A stretch of 63,852 nt of DNA from a virus. Its lineage: Duplodnaviria; Caudoviricetes. The position numbers were made by a program, and so were the translations under genes. The notes beneath the pieces are model-generated. The model searched no databases and was not told where the DNA came from. It was given only the letters and a program-made list of their open reading frames with translations. Of the stretch, positions 8,617-19,400 are shown piece by piece. The DNA is taken from positions 1-63,852 of the IMG/VR virus record IMGVR_UViG_3300030389_002358; one strand, given 5' to 3'. Positions within the stretch are counted from its first letter, which is position 1, and every line of letters begins with the position of its first letter.

Positions 8617-10722
8617 TTAAAACTGTCCTTGTCTTTTTCTTGCTTCTAGTATTACCATGTAGTCATTAAATGTCATTGTCTGTCCGCTTGGAGCTTTAAT
8701 TATCTTGTTACCAAAGTCTATAGATCTAGCAGGTGTTTTTAAACTACCATCGTTATTATACTCTGGTTCTTTAACGTTGATTATTGTTCCGTCTTTAAAA
8801 TAATCATAAACTTCAGCTGGATTATTTTGTAATGTATACGTCACCCATTTGCTCATATCACCTTTTATTATTTTTGATTCACCTGGTATTCCTTGTATAG
8901 TAGTGTCACCAAACGTGCTAACATCAGCTTCAGTTGATCCAATGTCTCTACCAGAAGCATCTACTAAACCAGTGCTTCCATCATCTGCTAAATGATTAAG
9001 GAAGTTTAATAAACCATAATCTTTTGCTAATTGCTTATATTTAACTTCATATTGTCTTGACTCTTTACTTTCACCATCTGCTCTTGTTCCTATTTTTTGG
9101 TATAGTTTTTCAAAAGAAATTGGATCACTTAAATCAAATATTTCTGTTTGATCTCCTAAATCACCAAACTCTTGAACACCGTCTTTGTTAGTTTTTAACT
9201 TCATGTTTTTATTTGCTATATAAGAGAAAGCTATTTCTTTAGTATCAGGATTATATAAAACTTCTTTTATGTTTTTATCACCAACGTCAGTAGATATTTT
9301 TTGATTTAAAAATATATTATCTAAACTCTTGTCATAAGTAGTTCCAAACTGCTCATTAAAATTACCAACACTAACAACTCTAGGTGAGCCAGGAGGACCT
9401 GTAAAACTTGACTCATCAACTATAGGTGAGGCGCCACCTAAAAACGAAGTTATTTCTTCAAATTTTTTATCAGCATAAGTATCTATAGGTGTCACTTTAC
9501 TACCACTACTACCACTACTACCACCGCTACTACCTTGTGGTAATTGTGTTGGTTCTATATATTTACTAGCAACTCCACTACCAATAACTTCATTAATTAA
9601 ATACCTTTGCACCATGTTATCTTTAGCACCTTGTAGCACGTTTAAACTTTTGTCTATATCTTGATCTTTAACACCAAGCTCTTTTAAATAACCGGTTACT
9701 AAAGATATTTCATTTACCGGCGTGTCTAATATCATAGCTAATTTTTCAGCGTTTTCTTTATTATTAGCTAAAGCTATTAACTCTTGACCACCATCAATTT
9801 TTTCAAGCTCTTGTAATCTTACAGCATCGTTAAATTTAACCTTATTGTTAAAAATATCATCAATAATACTAGGATCGTCTGGGTTATTTTCATCTTGCTG
9901 TTTCATTTCAGACATAAATCTTTTAACTGTATCTTCTACAGATTTTCTACCTGTGTATAAAACACCATCTGCTCCAGTTGCTTTTCCACCAGCAAACCTT
10001 TCACTTAAATCTGTTCCTGTTGTTTTGATTAAAGTTTCTAATGTTGTATCGATACTTTCATTAATAGCTACCATAGATTTAGGATCGTTTTCACCTATAA
10101 GTCTTTGCACGTCTTGAGCGTCGTATGTTATTGTTTTACCTTCGTTTCTTGGATCATTTATAGTAACAGTAAAATCAAAGTCGTTGCTACCCTCGCCTTT
10201 GTATTTAAAATCAAAACCACCACCGTTTTTAAAATTACTTTGCATTGCTTTTACTACAGCCGCATATTCTAAATAAGAACCTGATCCATGATCGTAATCT
10301 TCATCTATTTCTAAATTATCTACAAATGTTCTTGTTGTTAAAGCATTTGCTGCTGCTATGTTTGCATTAAAGTTTGCGTTTGCAGCGTTTAAATCTAGTG
10401 TGTCTTTTCTATTTTCTTTTATATTTTGTCCAAAAAAACCTGGTTTGTCTAAGCCTTCAACGCTTAAACCTTCCTTTAAAAATAATTGTATATTTTGTTC
10501 TAATTTTTTCTGGAACTCAGCACCCACTTGACCTGATGCTTTAGCCGCTTCGCGCATCTTTTCTGCTTGACTAAATAAATCAGCTTCATACGCTTTTCTG
10601 TCTGCTATTTTATCATCAAAATAAGTTTTAACGTCTTTAAATGATTGTTGGAAAGCACCTGACATACCTCTGTTAAAACCTGTATAATCTTCACGAAAAA
10701 ATCTTGGATGTCTATAACTCAT
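8617..10722 (-). CDS. Probable internal virion (ejection) protein
   Basis: 701 aa, largely helical, lies between two other probable core-protein genes in podovirus order. Confidence 0.55.
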   Translation of the reverse strand: MSYRHPRFFREDYTGFNRGMSGAFQQSFKDVKTYFDDKIADRKAYEADLFSQAEKMREAAKASGQVGAEFQKKLEQNIQLFLKEGLSVEGLDKPGFFGQNIKENRKDTLDLNAANANFNANIAAANALTTRTFVDNLEIDEDYDHGSGSYLEYAAVVKAMQSNFKNGGGFDFKYKGEGSNDFDFTVTINDPRNEGKTITYDAQDVQRLIGENDPKSMVAINESIDTTLETLIKTTGTDLSERFAGGKATGADGVLYTGRKSVEDTVKRFMSEMKQQDENNPDDPSIIDDIFNNKVKFNDAVRLQELEKIDGGQELIALANNKENAEKLAMILDTPVNEISLVTGYLKELGVKDQDIDKSLNVLQGAKDNMVQRYLINEVIGSGVASKYIEPTQLPQGSSGGSSGSSGSKVTPIDTYADKKFEEITSFLGGASPIVDESSFTGPPGSPRVVSVGNFNEQFGTTYDKSLDNIFLNQKISTDVGDKNIKEVLYNPDTKEIAFSYIANKNMKLKTNKDGVQEFGDLGDQTEIFDLSDPISFEKLYQKIGTRADGESKESRQYEVKYKQLAKDYGLLNFLNHLADDGSTGLVDASGRDIGSTEADVSTFGDTTIQGIPGESKIIKGDMSKWVTYTLQNNPAEVYDYFKDGTIINVKEPEYNNDGSLKTPARSIDFGNKIIKAPSGQTMTFNDYMVILEARKRQGQF

Positions 10723-10728
10723 AATTTT

Positions 10729-11418
10729 TTATTCATCTTTTTTAAATAATTTTTGTAAATCGCCAGATGCAGCTGAACCAGCAAGAGTTCCACCTAACGC
10801 ACCAAAAGCTTGACCAAAACCTTGACTAGCTTGAGCTCTCAAGTTAGCAGCCTGCATTCTTGACTGATCTAATAAACCAGCTGTTCTGTCTAATTTCATT
10901 TGCTCTCTATCCTCTCTAACATTAAACTGAAACATGTCACCTCTCATACGCGCTGTATCTACTCTAGCACCTTCTTGTAATCTAGCAGCTTGAGCAGCCT
11001 GCGCGCCTTGTGCTCTTAGTCTAGCGTTTTGCGCTTCTTGTTGATCTATAGTAGCAGCTATACCTGCTTTACTTCTTAATGCAGCTTGTGCTAAAGCCGT
11101 AGCGCCACCAGCGCCAGCGCCTGTAGCTCTTAATGTATCTAACGTACCCGCCAAACTTAAATCAGCTTCTTCTGCTTGAAACTCAGCAGCTTGTGTTGAT
11201 ACTTGTAAGTTACCCATAGTGTTAGTTATAAGTGATGACCTATCTACTATATTTCTTGATGGGTCAATTATGTCTTGCCTACCAGCTTCTAATCTGTCTA
11301 AATCACGTTGTAATTTGCTAGCTCTACGTTGTTGTTTCCTAGCAGCACTTCTTGCCCCAAAACCTTGGACTAATCCGCCAATTAATGAAGATGCCGCTCC
11401 TGCTATTGCTGTTATCAT
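10729..11418 (-). CDS. Small ejection/DNA-pilot-like virion protein
   Basis: Ala/Gly/Gln-rich with Gly-rich hydrophobic termini (MITAIAGAASSLIGGLVQG; GFGQAFGALGG), typical of the first ejection protein after the nozzle gene. Confidence 0.65.
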   Translation of the reverse strand: MITAIAGAASSLIGGLVQGFGARSAARKQQRRASKLQRDLDRLEAGRQDIIDPSRNIVDRSSLITNTMGNLQVSTQAAEFQAEEADLSLAGTLDTLRATGAGAGGATALAQAALRSKAGIAATIDQQEAQNARLRAQGAQAAQAARLQEGARVDTARMRGDMFQFNVREDREQMKLDRTAGLLDQSRMQAANLRAQASQGFGQAFGALGGTLAGSAASGDLQKLFKKDE

Positions 11419-11427
11419 ATTTTTTAT

Positions 11428-12822
11428 TTATAATGTTATTTCGTTTGAAACTGCAAAAAGTTCTGCTTTATTATTACCTTCAGCATTAGGTTCCCAATAC
11501 TGTAGTTTAAACTGCGCGTGATAACCTTTTATCCCAGTGGTTGTGTTAAGCGTGTTAGTGTTAAACTTACTATTATAGTCACCACTAGCGTAAGGTACTT
11601 TTTGTCTTATATCTTTATAGTATTTACTTTCTTTTAATTCAAATCCCACGTTGATTAACATGTTATTCTCATCAGTTATAGTTACACCTTTCTTTGGTAT
11701 TTTATATGCTTCTTGTACTTGAGAATCAAATGTGTAACCTTCTTTACTTACGTTTTCAGTTTTACCTGATTCCATAGCCCATCCTGTTGTGCCTTCATAG
11801 TTTATTGTTTTAAACGTTTTTATGCTACTAGGCATATCGTTCATAATAAACTCTACATAAGATGGTTGTTGATATGTTGAACCATAAAATTTATTATAGT
11901 CAGCATCCGTATCATAATGTTTGTATATGTCTTTAGCGTTAAACGTATAAAATTCATTTGCTAAACTAAACCCAAAAGTAGGTTTAAAAGTATGTAATGA
12001 TACCCAACCACCAGACTTTTCAGAGTACGATAACGTAACATAATCTGTTTGAGCTGATAAAGTAGATCCGTCAGTTGTAAAGCTACCGTGTGTTATATTG
12101 TTTGAAGGTGAATTTTTTTGCATAGATATATAATACTGATCATATACCTCGTCATACATACCATATATCTTTGCGTCAGTTATTTTTAAATTATCTCTAA
12201 AAAAGTCTTTCATACCAGCAGCTGATATAGGCGTTAAGCCATCTTGTGATAATCTTAATATAACACCTCTGTTTTTATCAGAAAAATATTTTCTTGTTCC
12301 AAATACAGCAAAGCTTTCTGGGTTTGTACTTATACCATATTTACCAGCATATGCTACAACTTGGCCTATAACTTTAGAGCCTGAAACAGTTAACGCTCCA
12401 CCTTCAGCTGTAAATATAGCATCTTTATCTATTAATGCTCTACTAACTTTATTTTCTTGAAATATATTTAAATTAGTTTCTTCTGCATGAAGTTTTTGTA
12501 TACTACCGTGCGCTATATCTACAGCCCTTGTTATAGCGTCACCTATAGGAAACTCATTTGTTTTATTAACTTTTGTTTTTGAGTTATATATACCAGAATA
12601 TATCATAGCATTTGATCTTCTTCTAATATCATACTCATCATCTGTAGCGTAAGCTCTAGCTCCAAAATCAACTGATTTTCCATTAAACTCTCCTTTTATT
12701 CTAGCTTCTTCAATATGATAAACTCCAGGGTTATGAGTTTTATTTATAGTGCTAGCGTTTGTTGTTGTGCCACCGGCTAAAATAAAAGAGTTGTAGTATG
12801 ATATTTCTATTAATTGTGCCAT
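11428..12822 (-). CDS. Tail stabilization/nozzle-like protein (beta-rich, C-terminal-type half)
   Basis: Motifs YGISTNPESFA, YFSDKNRGVILRLSQDGLTPIS and SIKTFKTINYEG resemble nozzle proteins of Bacteroidota podophages. Confidence 0.65.
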   Translation of the reverse strand: MAQLIEISYYNSFILAGGTTTNASTINKTHNPGVYHIEEARIKGEFNGKSVDFGARAYATDDEYDIRRRSNAMIYSGIYNSKTKVNKTNEFPIGDAITRAVDIAHGSIQKLHAEETNLNIFQENKVSRALIDKDAIFTAEGGALTVSGSKVIGQVVAYAGKYGISTNPESFAVFGTRKYFSDKNRGVILRLSQDGLTPISAAGMKDFFRDNLKITDAKIYGMYDEVYDQYYISMQKNSPSNNITHGSFTTDGSTLSAQTDYVTLSYSEKSGGWVSLHTFKPTFGFSLANEFYTFNAKDIYKHYDTDADYNKFYGSTYQQPSYVEFIMNDMPSSIKTFKTINYEGTTGWAMESGKTENVSKEGYTFDSQVQEAYKIPKKGVTITDENNMLINVGFELKESKYYKDIRQKVPYASGDYNSKFNTNTLNTTTGIKGYHAQFKLQYWEPNAEGNNKAELFAVSNEITL

Positions 12823-12827
12823 ATTTC

Positions 12828-15800
12828 TTAATTAGTTGCGCATTCACTTGCATTTGCGATAGATGTTACTACGCCATCAGAATTTAATGTAACGCATTTA
12901 AGTTTATCACTACCACTAGTAGACGCATCATTAGTATAAAAATATTTACCAGCAGCAGCGTTATTATTGTTACTAGAATCAGTATATATTTGATTACCCA
13001 AGTTAACGCGTAGTTCACCTGAAACTACCGTTGGCATAGTTCCTGAGTTTGCTACAGCATAAAAATTTTGTACTATACCGTTACACACGTCGCAATCAGT
13101 ATTTACACCTTTAGTTAAAGTACCACTAACACTTGCTGTTGATTCGCTAATTAAAATATTAGCAGTTGATGTGTTGTTACTACTTAAACCGTCGTTAACA
13201 GTTACTGTCATTGTTCGATTACTGTTTGAAGAAGCATGAAACGCGTTAGAGGTGCTAGCGTTTTCCATTGCAGACAGCGCTTTAATAGTAAGAGTGTTAC
13301 CAGTAATGCTACTTGAAAAATAATTATTAAAATTAGTATTGCCTAATACATGAGTAACTGACAAACCTATATCGTCTTCTGTATCAATAGTAGATCCATT
13401 TTCAACAGTAAGAGTAGTTACAGTGTACCCACTTCCTCTGCTTACTGTTGGGTTTGGTATATTAACATTATGTCGAGGTACGCCATCTACATCACTAGCG
13501 TTTGTGCCTGAAACAACAGGTGGTGAATTTGTAACTGTTAAAGTTTTTGTACTATATACAGTACCAGAGTTTGGATCTGTAATAGAAAAAATAACGTTTA
13601 TTGTATCTGAGCTATTATCTTTTCTTCTAAAACCACCAGCTAATGTTACAACGCCAGTTGTTGAATTTATATTAAATCTACTTGTTACATTTTCACCAGC
13701 GCCTGTTGACGCATTTTGTATACCAAAAGATAAGTTATCTCCTGTTGTATTATCATCAGCATCGACTGTAACCACAGTACCGCCTATGGCTAATGATTCT
13801 GAAAACTCACCGTTTGTTGGGTTTATTGTAACATTGTCAGGTCCATTTTCTATAGAGTTAGCTTCTAATTGATCATCAAGATCTTCAACTAAACCGCATG
13901 TACCACTTTCATAAAAAATATCTATTTTAGATTCAAATGGTTTTGTTTCAAAAACCATCAAACCTTCCTTTTGACTAGAGTTACCTAAATCTATATTTGG
14001 ATCGTTAGGATACCCAATTGGTGTATCTGTATTTATATCGTTAGTAGTTAAAATAGCAACATCAACACCAGTCACGCCAATAGGCTCAACTTTTAAATTT
14101 GGTAGTTCAGCTACTAAAGGATCTCTGTCTTTACCATATACAAAATTATATATTCTTGGTTTATTAGGTAAGCTTAATGTCGCTGGCTTTATAACAGCAT
14201 TATCAGAAAATAAACCCTGCTCTGTTGCGGTGCCTATGCTTATAACATCTATAGGTTCTTGACTAACGCTACCCATTTTTGAGCTGCCTGTGCTGCCATT
14301 AGGTATTACTTTAGGGTATAAAAACGTATCAGATCCTGATATACCTTCTCTTGTAAAGTCTTGTTCAGATGGGTTTCTAGGTACTTTATTTATATTATCT
14401 CCATACAGAGTAAACCAAGATCTACCGCTACCTGTGTCATCAGCTTTACCATGTATCACTTGATTATTTACATTGTTAGTGGCATCGCTTGAATCAATTA
14501 GACCGTTATCAGCAAATGATGTTGTTGTTGTACCAATGTTCGACCAAGAGTTAGCAGCGTAGTTACCATACACATTATCATACTCTTGCTCTGTTTGCTT
14601 TACAACAACTCTGTATGAATACCAACCGTGAGGGTTATAATCAGCACTTGTTTTGTCACCATTGTATATATCTTTAACGTTTGCAAATAAAGCATCATCT
14701 TGAAACGATATTTTTAAAGCTTGACCATAAGCAACTCTATTTGAGCTCCAGCTGTAACCGCTATTAAATTTAGTTTTTTTATCTTCAACATCTGGTCCAA
14801 CAGTAAAAGTATCTGTAATATTATTAGTTGGCGTAGATGATAAAACAACAGGTGATTGTCTACCAAATTTATCTGCAAAAACTATACCTACTTGATAAGT
14901 TCTTCTTTGTTTTATGTTGTGATGTTTGTACGCCTTGTGCGTATACTGTAATAAGCCAGAAGCTTTTGTAGCAGAAGCACTAGAGTCCCACTCATCATCT
15001 GCTTTAGCTGTTGACACACCAATAAAATAGTTCATACCCTTTTTACTTGATTTGTCTTTTGGAAACTCATAATTTTCTACATAGTTACCAAACACAACTC
15101 TATTACCCACAACCTCTAATGATTTTGCTAATATAGGTACTTGATCAAACACTCTAGTTGTTTGGTCTTCAGGTAATACTTGAAATGGTTTTTCTGATTT
15201 GTAAACATGTTTTAATACTTGTCTAAAATATGTAGTGCTTCCTGAGACTTTAGGCTTTATACTGTATGATTCAAAAACATTACTTGCGTCATCTATTTTT
15301 ATATTTTTTACTACTTTAATAGCTCTGCTATCTGACTCTTTTAAAACTATTTGCACCTCAGATATTTTATAAGGATTAGCGTATGTAGTAAAGCTATCAC
15401 TAGTTGTACCTCTTTCGTTAGCGTTTGGAACAGGTATTCTTAATATAACTTTATTTATAGCGTTTTGCATTATATCTACCTTAGTTGTTTGCAATATATT
15501 TTGAGAACTTATAGGTACATTTGGCTCATTAGACGTAGCATTTCTTTCGTCGTCTTTACTTTTTATTTCACCGTTATTAAGAGGTTCAAAAACTATTTGC
15601 GTGAAAGGAGCGAATAGTGAGTACTCGCCGTCTTCATATTTATATCTATACGAAAACCTAACAAAATTTTCTCTTAAATAATCTGATTTTATATTACCGT
15701 TTGTTTTATCACCAGCCGTATCACTAGTCGCTGTGTTGCTTTCTGACCAAGCACCATTTTTATTTAACAACCTTATTGGCGTGTAAGGCGCATATCTTGC

Positions 15801-16346
15801 AACGCTTATCTCATCTTCTGTTGTGTAGTAGTTAGGATTTGTTGTATGTTCTTTAGCTTTTTTTATATTTATTCGTCTTGGTTGATTGTAATCATCTGTA
15901 AAAAATAATAAATCATCTATTATTTGAGCACCTGTTATTAAATGGTTTTTACTAAAATTTAAAAAGCTTCCTTCTAATATAACTTTGTTTTGTTCTGTTG
16001 TAATATCATATTCTATTATTTTACATACAGCAGAAGTGCTACGTGTTATATTTCTAATATTATCATTAAAATCTACTGATCCACTAAAATTAGTAACAAA
16101 GTATAATACTCTTTTATTTTTAACATCGCTAACATAACCTATAACTTCAGGCGAACCTGATATAGATGAGTTGCCAACGTTTTTAATTATATTACCCCTT
16201 ATGTTTTCAACAGCGCTAGCATCTGATCCTTCAGATTCTACTATGTTTATATTTTGAGCTTCTCTATATTCGCCTTTTTGTATAAGTCTCTCATCGAGGT
16301 CTTTGTTCATCTTTCCTCTTAGAAAGTTATTTTTTATTTCTGGCAT
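12828..16346 (-). CDS. Tail stabilization/nozzle-like protein with cadherin/Ig-like C-terminal extension
   Basis: N-terminus MPEIKNNFLRGKMNKDLDERL..GEYREAQN; RFSYRYKY.DGEYS and RTYQVGIV..DKFGRQSPV; cadherin-like segment at about 13515-13830. Confidence 0.65.
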   Translation of the reverse strand: MPEIKNNFLRGKMNKDLDERLIQKGEYREAQNINIVESEGSDASAVENIRGNIIKNVGNSSISGSPEVIGYVSDVKNKRVLYFVTNFSGSVDFNDNIRNITRSTSAVCKIIEYDITTEQNKVILEGSFLNFSKNHLITGAQIIDDLLFFTDDYNQPRRINIKKAKEHTTNPNYYTTEDEISVARYAPYTPIRLLNKNGAWSESNTATSDTAGDKTNGNIKSDYLRENFVRFSYRYKYEDGEYSLFAPFTQIVFEPLNNGEIKSKDDERNATSNEPNVPISSQNILQTTKVDIMQNAINKVILRIPVPNANERGTTSDSFTTYANPYKISEVQIVLKESDSRAIKVVKNIKIDDASNVFESYSIKPKVSGSTTYFRQVLKHVYKSEKPFQVLPEDQTTRVFDQVPILAKSLEVVGNRVVFGNYVENYEFPKDKSSKKGMNYFIGVSTAKADDEWDSSASATKASGLLQYTHKAYKHHNIKQRRTYQVGIVFADKFGRQSPVVLSSTPTNNITDTFTVGPDVEDKKTKFNSGYSWSSNRVAYGQALKISFQDDALFANVKDIYNGDKTSADYNPHGWYSYRVVVKQTEQEYDNVYGNYAANSWSNIGTTTTSFADNGLIDSSDATNNVNNQVIHGKADDTGSGRSWFTLYGDNINKVPRNPSEQDFTREGISGSDTFLYPKVIPNGSTGSSKMGSVSQEPIDVISIGTATEQGLFSDNAVIKPATLSLPNKPRIYNFVYGKDRDPLVAELPNLKVEPIGVTGVDVAILTTNDINTDTPIGYPNDPNIDLGNSSQKEGLMVFETKPFESKIDIFYESGTCGLVEDLDDQLEANSIENGPDNVTINPTNGEFSESLAIGGTVVTVDADDNTTGDNLSFGIQNASTGAGENVTSRFNINSTTGVVTLAGGFRRKDNSSDTINVIFSITDPNSGTVYSTKTLTVTNSPPVVSGTNASDVDGVPRHNVNIPNPTVSRGSGYTVTTLTVENGSTIDTEDDIGLSVTHVLGNTNFNNYFSSSITGNTLTIKALSAMENASTSNAFHASSNSNRTMTVTVNDGLSSNNTSTANILISESTASVSGTLTKGVNTDCDVCNGIVQNFYAVANSGTMPTVVSGELRVNLGNQIYTDSSNNNNAAAGKYFYTNDASTSGSDKLKCVTLNSDGVVTSIANASECATN

Positions 16347-16350
16347 TTAA

Positions 16351-17490
16351 TTAATGTTTAATATGTTTAGCTTTACCTTTCATTATATTAGTAAGCTCTT
16401 TTATATTTAAGTCAGACAATCTAAGCTTTGCATTTCTCATTGCTGCTCTTCTATCTCTTTTAGCTCTCATTACTTGATACTCAGGAACTGCTAGCTTGGT
16501 AGATAAAATAGCATGGTAAATATATTTGTATATAGCGTCTTCTGCTAACTTGTGTACTTTCATTTCAGCATCGGTTGCTAATCCATCAGAAACATATTTT
16601 ATATTTATTATTCTACCTGATAAATCATTACTAAAACCGAACTGACCATTTACCTCATCAACAACAAATACTCCATTAAAGTTAGCTTTAACTGGATCAA
16701 TACCATATCTACCGCTTCTGTTATATATTCTATTTGAAACATAATGTGTAAATAAATAATAATCATCATTAGCTAAATTACCTGAATATAAATTTAAATC
16801 AAAGTCTTTAAATCTTGTTTCTGTTATAGAAGGCGTAACTGTTAGTGTATCACCTTCACTAGTAAATAAATAATCACCAGTGGCGTCATCTTGAGCTATT
16901 GATTCACTTGGTCTAGATGTGTAATCTGCTGGGAATATTGGATGTTCTAATCCAGAGGTATCAACCCAAGATAACATAATGTAATTAACATAATCTTGAG
17001 GCATTGATATAGTTAAGTCTGGACCAACTTCTACTTCTTGTATTTTTTCAACTCTTGATATATCATAAGCAAACTCTTGTATACCTCTTTTAGCATGAAA
17101 TAAAATATCAGATTTTTTAGCTTTGTTTATAACTTTGCCATCACCAGTATAACCATATATAAAATTATTTACAATGTCAATTAACTTTATATACCTATAA
17201 TCACCTAAGTTTCTATCAGTAAATTTTACTAATACAGTATCACCAGCTACAGGTAAACTAGAAGTAAAATGTATAATACCATCACTAATTCCTGTGCCAG
17301 ATTTTGGATATGTATATTTATCTCTACCAACTTCTGTTCCATTAACAAAAACAATAAACGCGTTCTCATCAGCTGGTTTAGTATCTACTGTAAGTGTATA
17401 TTCACCACTGCTAGCCTGCGATGTGCTTGTGGTAAACTTTTGACTTGAAGTGTAATAATGTTCAGCTTTTGTTGTTCCTAGTAGTCCCAT
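16351..17490 (-). CDS. Tail ring/tubular (adaptor-like) structural protein
   Basis: Position between capsid and nozzle genes; MPQDYVNY..LSW motif; basic C-terminus. Confidence 0.55.
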   Translation of the reverse strand: MGLLGTTKAEHYYTSSQKFTTSTSQASSGEYTLTVDTKPADENAFIVFVNGTEVGRDKYTYPKSGTGISDGIIHFTSSLPVAGDTVLVKFTDRNLGDYRYIKLIDIVNNFIYGYTGDGKVINKAKKSDILFHAKRGIQEFAYDISRVEKIQEVEVGPDLTISMPQDYVNYIMLSWVDTSGLEHPIFPADYTSRPSESIAQDDATGDYLFTSEGDTLTVTPSITETRFKDFDLNLYSGNLANDDYYLFTHYVSNRIYNRSGRYGIDPVKANFNGVFVVDEVNGQFGFSNDLSGRIINIKYVSDGLATDAEMKVHKLAEDAIYKYIYHAILSTKLAVPEYQVMRAKRDRRAAMRNAKLRLSDLNIKELTNIMKGKAKHIKH

Positions 17491-17491
17491 A

Positions 17492-18508
17492 TTATTGTTG
17501 TTGTTTTGTCATTTCAGATCCTTGACTTATCTGAACAGCACTTTGTACTACACTAGGATCTTGTAATATAAACCCTGCGTAAGCTAAAATGCTTATTATT
17601 AATTCTGTTTCTTGTGATAAATGTAACTCAAAGTCTGTCGAGCCCTGTGTGCTAGTATTAAAAGTATCTCCTGTTTTTATAGTGTATACAATTGTGCCGC
17701 TACCGCCTACTCCGCTAAATGTAACTGTATCACCTACTTTAAAACCACTACCAGCGTTACCAACCACTAATGTTGTTGGATCATTACCAGCTACAGTTAA
17801 TGTTAAAGTAGCACCTGTTCCGCTGCCACTAGTGGTAAATGATGTATACGTGCCGTTAGTATATGATCCACTTTCTGTATAATTTGCTGCTGTGCTCGCT
17901 AGTGTTTTATTATTTATCAAACCACCTTCTACAAATACAGTGTTATCATAAACCTCAACGCCATAGTTAGCGTTTAATGTGTATCCAAATCTAGGATCAA
18001 CAGGCTTTTTAATATACTGAAGCTTAATATCACCTAAAGTCCAGCTGCTATCTGTTAACGCAGGTTCTACTATTATATCATTTGCTCTCTGATAATATAC
18101 AGGAAATGATGTTGATGGTTTTGTTAGCGGTGAAGATTTTAAATAAGCTAACCTTTTTTTATCGATTTTTTCTAATGTTACGTTTCCATTAGTTATTGTT
18201 GCGTCTATAGTTTTATATAAATCTGTTGGTAATGTACCAATACCGTCTGTTAGTGTTATGTCTGTTGATTTATAATGAACATCGATTTGTTCTTCTATTT
18301 TTTCGGCTAAATCAGCATAACCTTCGTTTGTACGATTAACGTTTTCTATGTTTAAAAATTTATTATATTGATAAAATAATTTATCTATTAATTCTAACTG
18401 TGCTTGCCTAGCTAAGTTATTAAACTCTACAGGCGTTAAATAACCTCTCTGCTCCTTGTTTAATATTGATAAAACAGACTTATATACTTTATTTACATTA
18501 ATCGCCAT
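17492..18508 (-). CDS. Tail ring/tubular (adaptor-like) structural protein with Gly/Thr-rich beta insertion
   Basis: Start refined to MAINVNKVY because the upstream ATG lies in a hairpin; NKEQRGYLTP.EFN and LPTDLYK motifs; STDFELH near the C-terminus. Confidence 0.6.
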   Translation of the reverse strand: MAINVNKVYKSVLSILNKEQRGYLTPVEFNNLARQAQLELIDKLFYQYNKFLNIENVNRTNEGYADLAEKIEEQIDVHYKSTDITLTDGIGTLPTDLYKTIDATITNGNVTLEKIDKKRLAYLKSSPLTKPSTSFPVYYQRANDIIVEPALTDSSWTLGDIKLQYIKKPVDPRFGYTLNANYGVEVYDNTVFVEGGLINNKTLASTAANYTESGSYTNGTYTSFTTSGSGTGATLTLTVAGNDPTTLVVGNAGSGFKVGDTVTFSGVGGSGTIVYTIKTGDTFNTSTQGSTDFELHLSQETELIISILAYAGFILQDPSVVQSAVQISQGSEMTKQQQ

Positions 18509-18526
18509 AATTTCTTTTTTATAGTA

Positions 18527-18552
18527 AGTGGTCACCTATAGAGATGACCACC
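18527..18552 (-). terminator. Hairpin (possible terminator or processing site)
   Basis: GTGGTCA-N10-TGACCAC inverted repeat between two genes; no clear U tract. Confidence 0.4.
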
Positions 18553-18566
18553 TCTATAAATGATTT

Positions 18567-19325
18567 TTATTTTAGTTTTTTCTCAACTGTTTTAAAAATA
18601 TCAATACCGTCGTCAGTTTTAAAATACGCAGCTAATGCTGAGTATGGATTTTCATCAAATGGTACTTTAATTAATGTTTTATCAGTTGATCCCCATTTAA
18701 ATGTTCTTTGATCATTAGATAATTTAATGATACCTTGTTCAACCGCCTTAATACCCATATTTCTAATATTGATATTTTCATCATTAGCGAGTTCTAAGAA
18801 CAATTGTGGGTTATTCTGTGCAAATATCAAAGCGTCACGTTTAAGCTCCTTAGAAGTCATCTTAGATACATCATTTCCAACCTCTGATCTTAATATTGCT
18901 TCCATGTGATCAACATCTAAAGTTTTTACTAAGTTCATAGCTTCTAGTTGTAATTCTAATATGTCTATGTCGCTTGCCGCTTCTACATCTGCGTCAAATT
19001 CTTTATATACCGATCCTGAATCAGGGTGGTATATTGAAAGAAACTGTTGTAATGTAGTTTGTTCTTTTTCAACAAATAAGTTTCCGTTTCTAAAAACAAT
19101 ATGACCAAGTCTTTGTGGCCCTTTCATTTCATCAACAAATACTGTGTTTTGGTTTCTACAATACTTTATTTCTCTTTCATAACCAGCTTCATTATCAAAC
19201 CAGTATAATCCTCTTGATTTCATCATATAAACCGGAGGTATTCTATCACCTACTAGCTCATATAATCTATCTTTTACTTGCCACTTATTAGTGGGCTTTT
19301 CTGTTACGTTTGTTGTTTTTTTCAT
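18567..19325 (-). CDS. Hypothetical protein downstream of the major capsid gene
   Basis: 252-aa ORF with a strong AT-rich leader. Confidence 0.7.
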   Translation of the reverse strand: MKKTTNVTEKPTNKWQVKDRLYELVGDRIPPVYMMKSRGLYWFDNEAGYEREIKYCRNQNTVFVDEMKGPQRLGHIVFRNGNLFVEKEQTTLQQFLSIYHPDSGSVYKEFDADVEAASDIDILELQLEAMNLVKTLDVDHMEAILRSEVGNDVSKMTSKELKRDALIFAQNNPQLFLELANDENINIRNMGIKAVEQGIIKLSNDQRTFKWGSTDKTLIKVPFDENPYSALAAYFKTDDGIDIFKTVEKKLK

Positions 19326-19344
19326 GATATAATATAATAAAAGT

Positions 19345-19385
19345 TAAAAAAATAAAGTGCTAGGCGCCGAAGCGCCTAACTCTTT
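19345..19385 (-). terminator. Intrinsic terminator after the major capsid gene
   Basis: TAGGCGC-TTCG-GCGCCTA stem with a cUUCGg tetraloop followed by a T-rich tract on the minus strand. Confidence 0.8.
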
Positions 19386-19400
19386 AAAAAATAATGTTAA

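Noticed and set aside
11428-16346. Readthrough or frameshift fusing the two nozzle-like ORFs
   Set aside because: The 5-nt gap is out of frame, no slippery site is evident, and the second ORF has its own AT-rich start.
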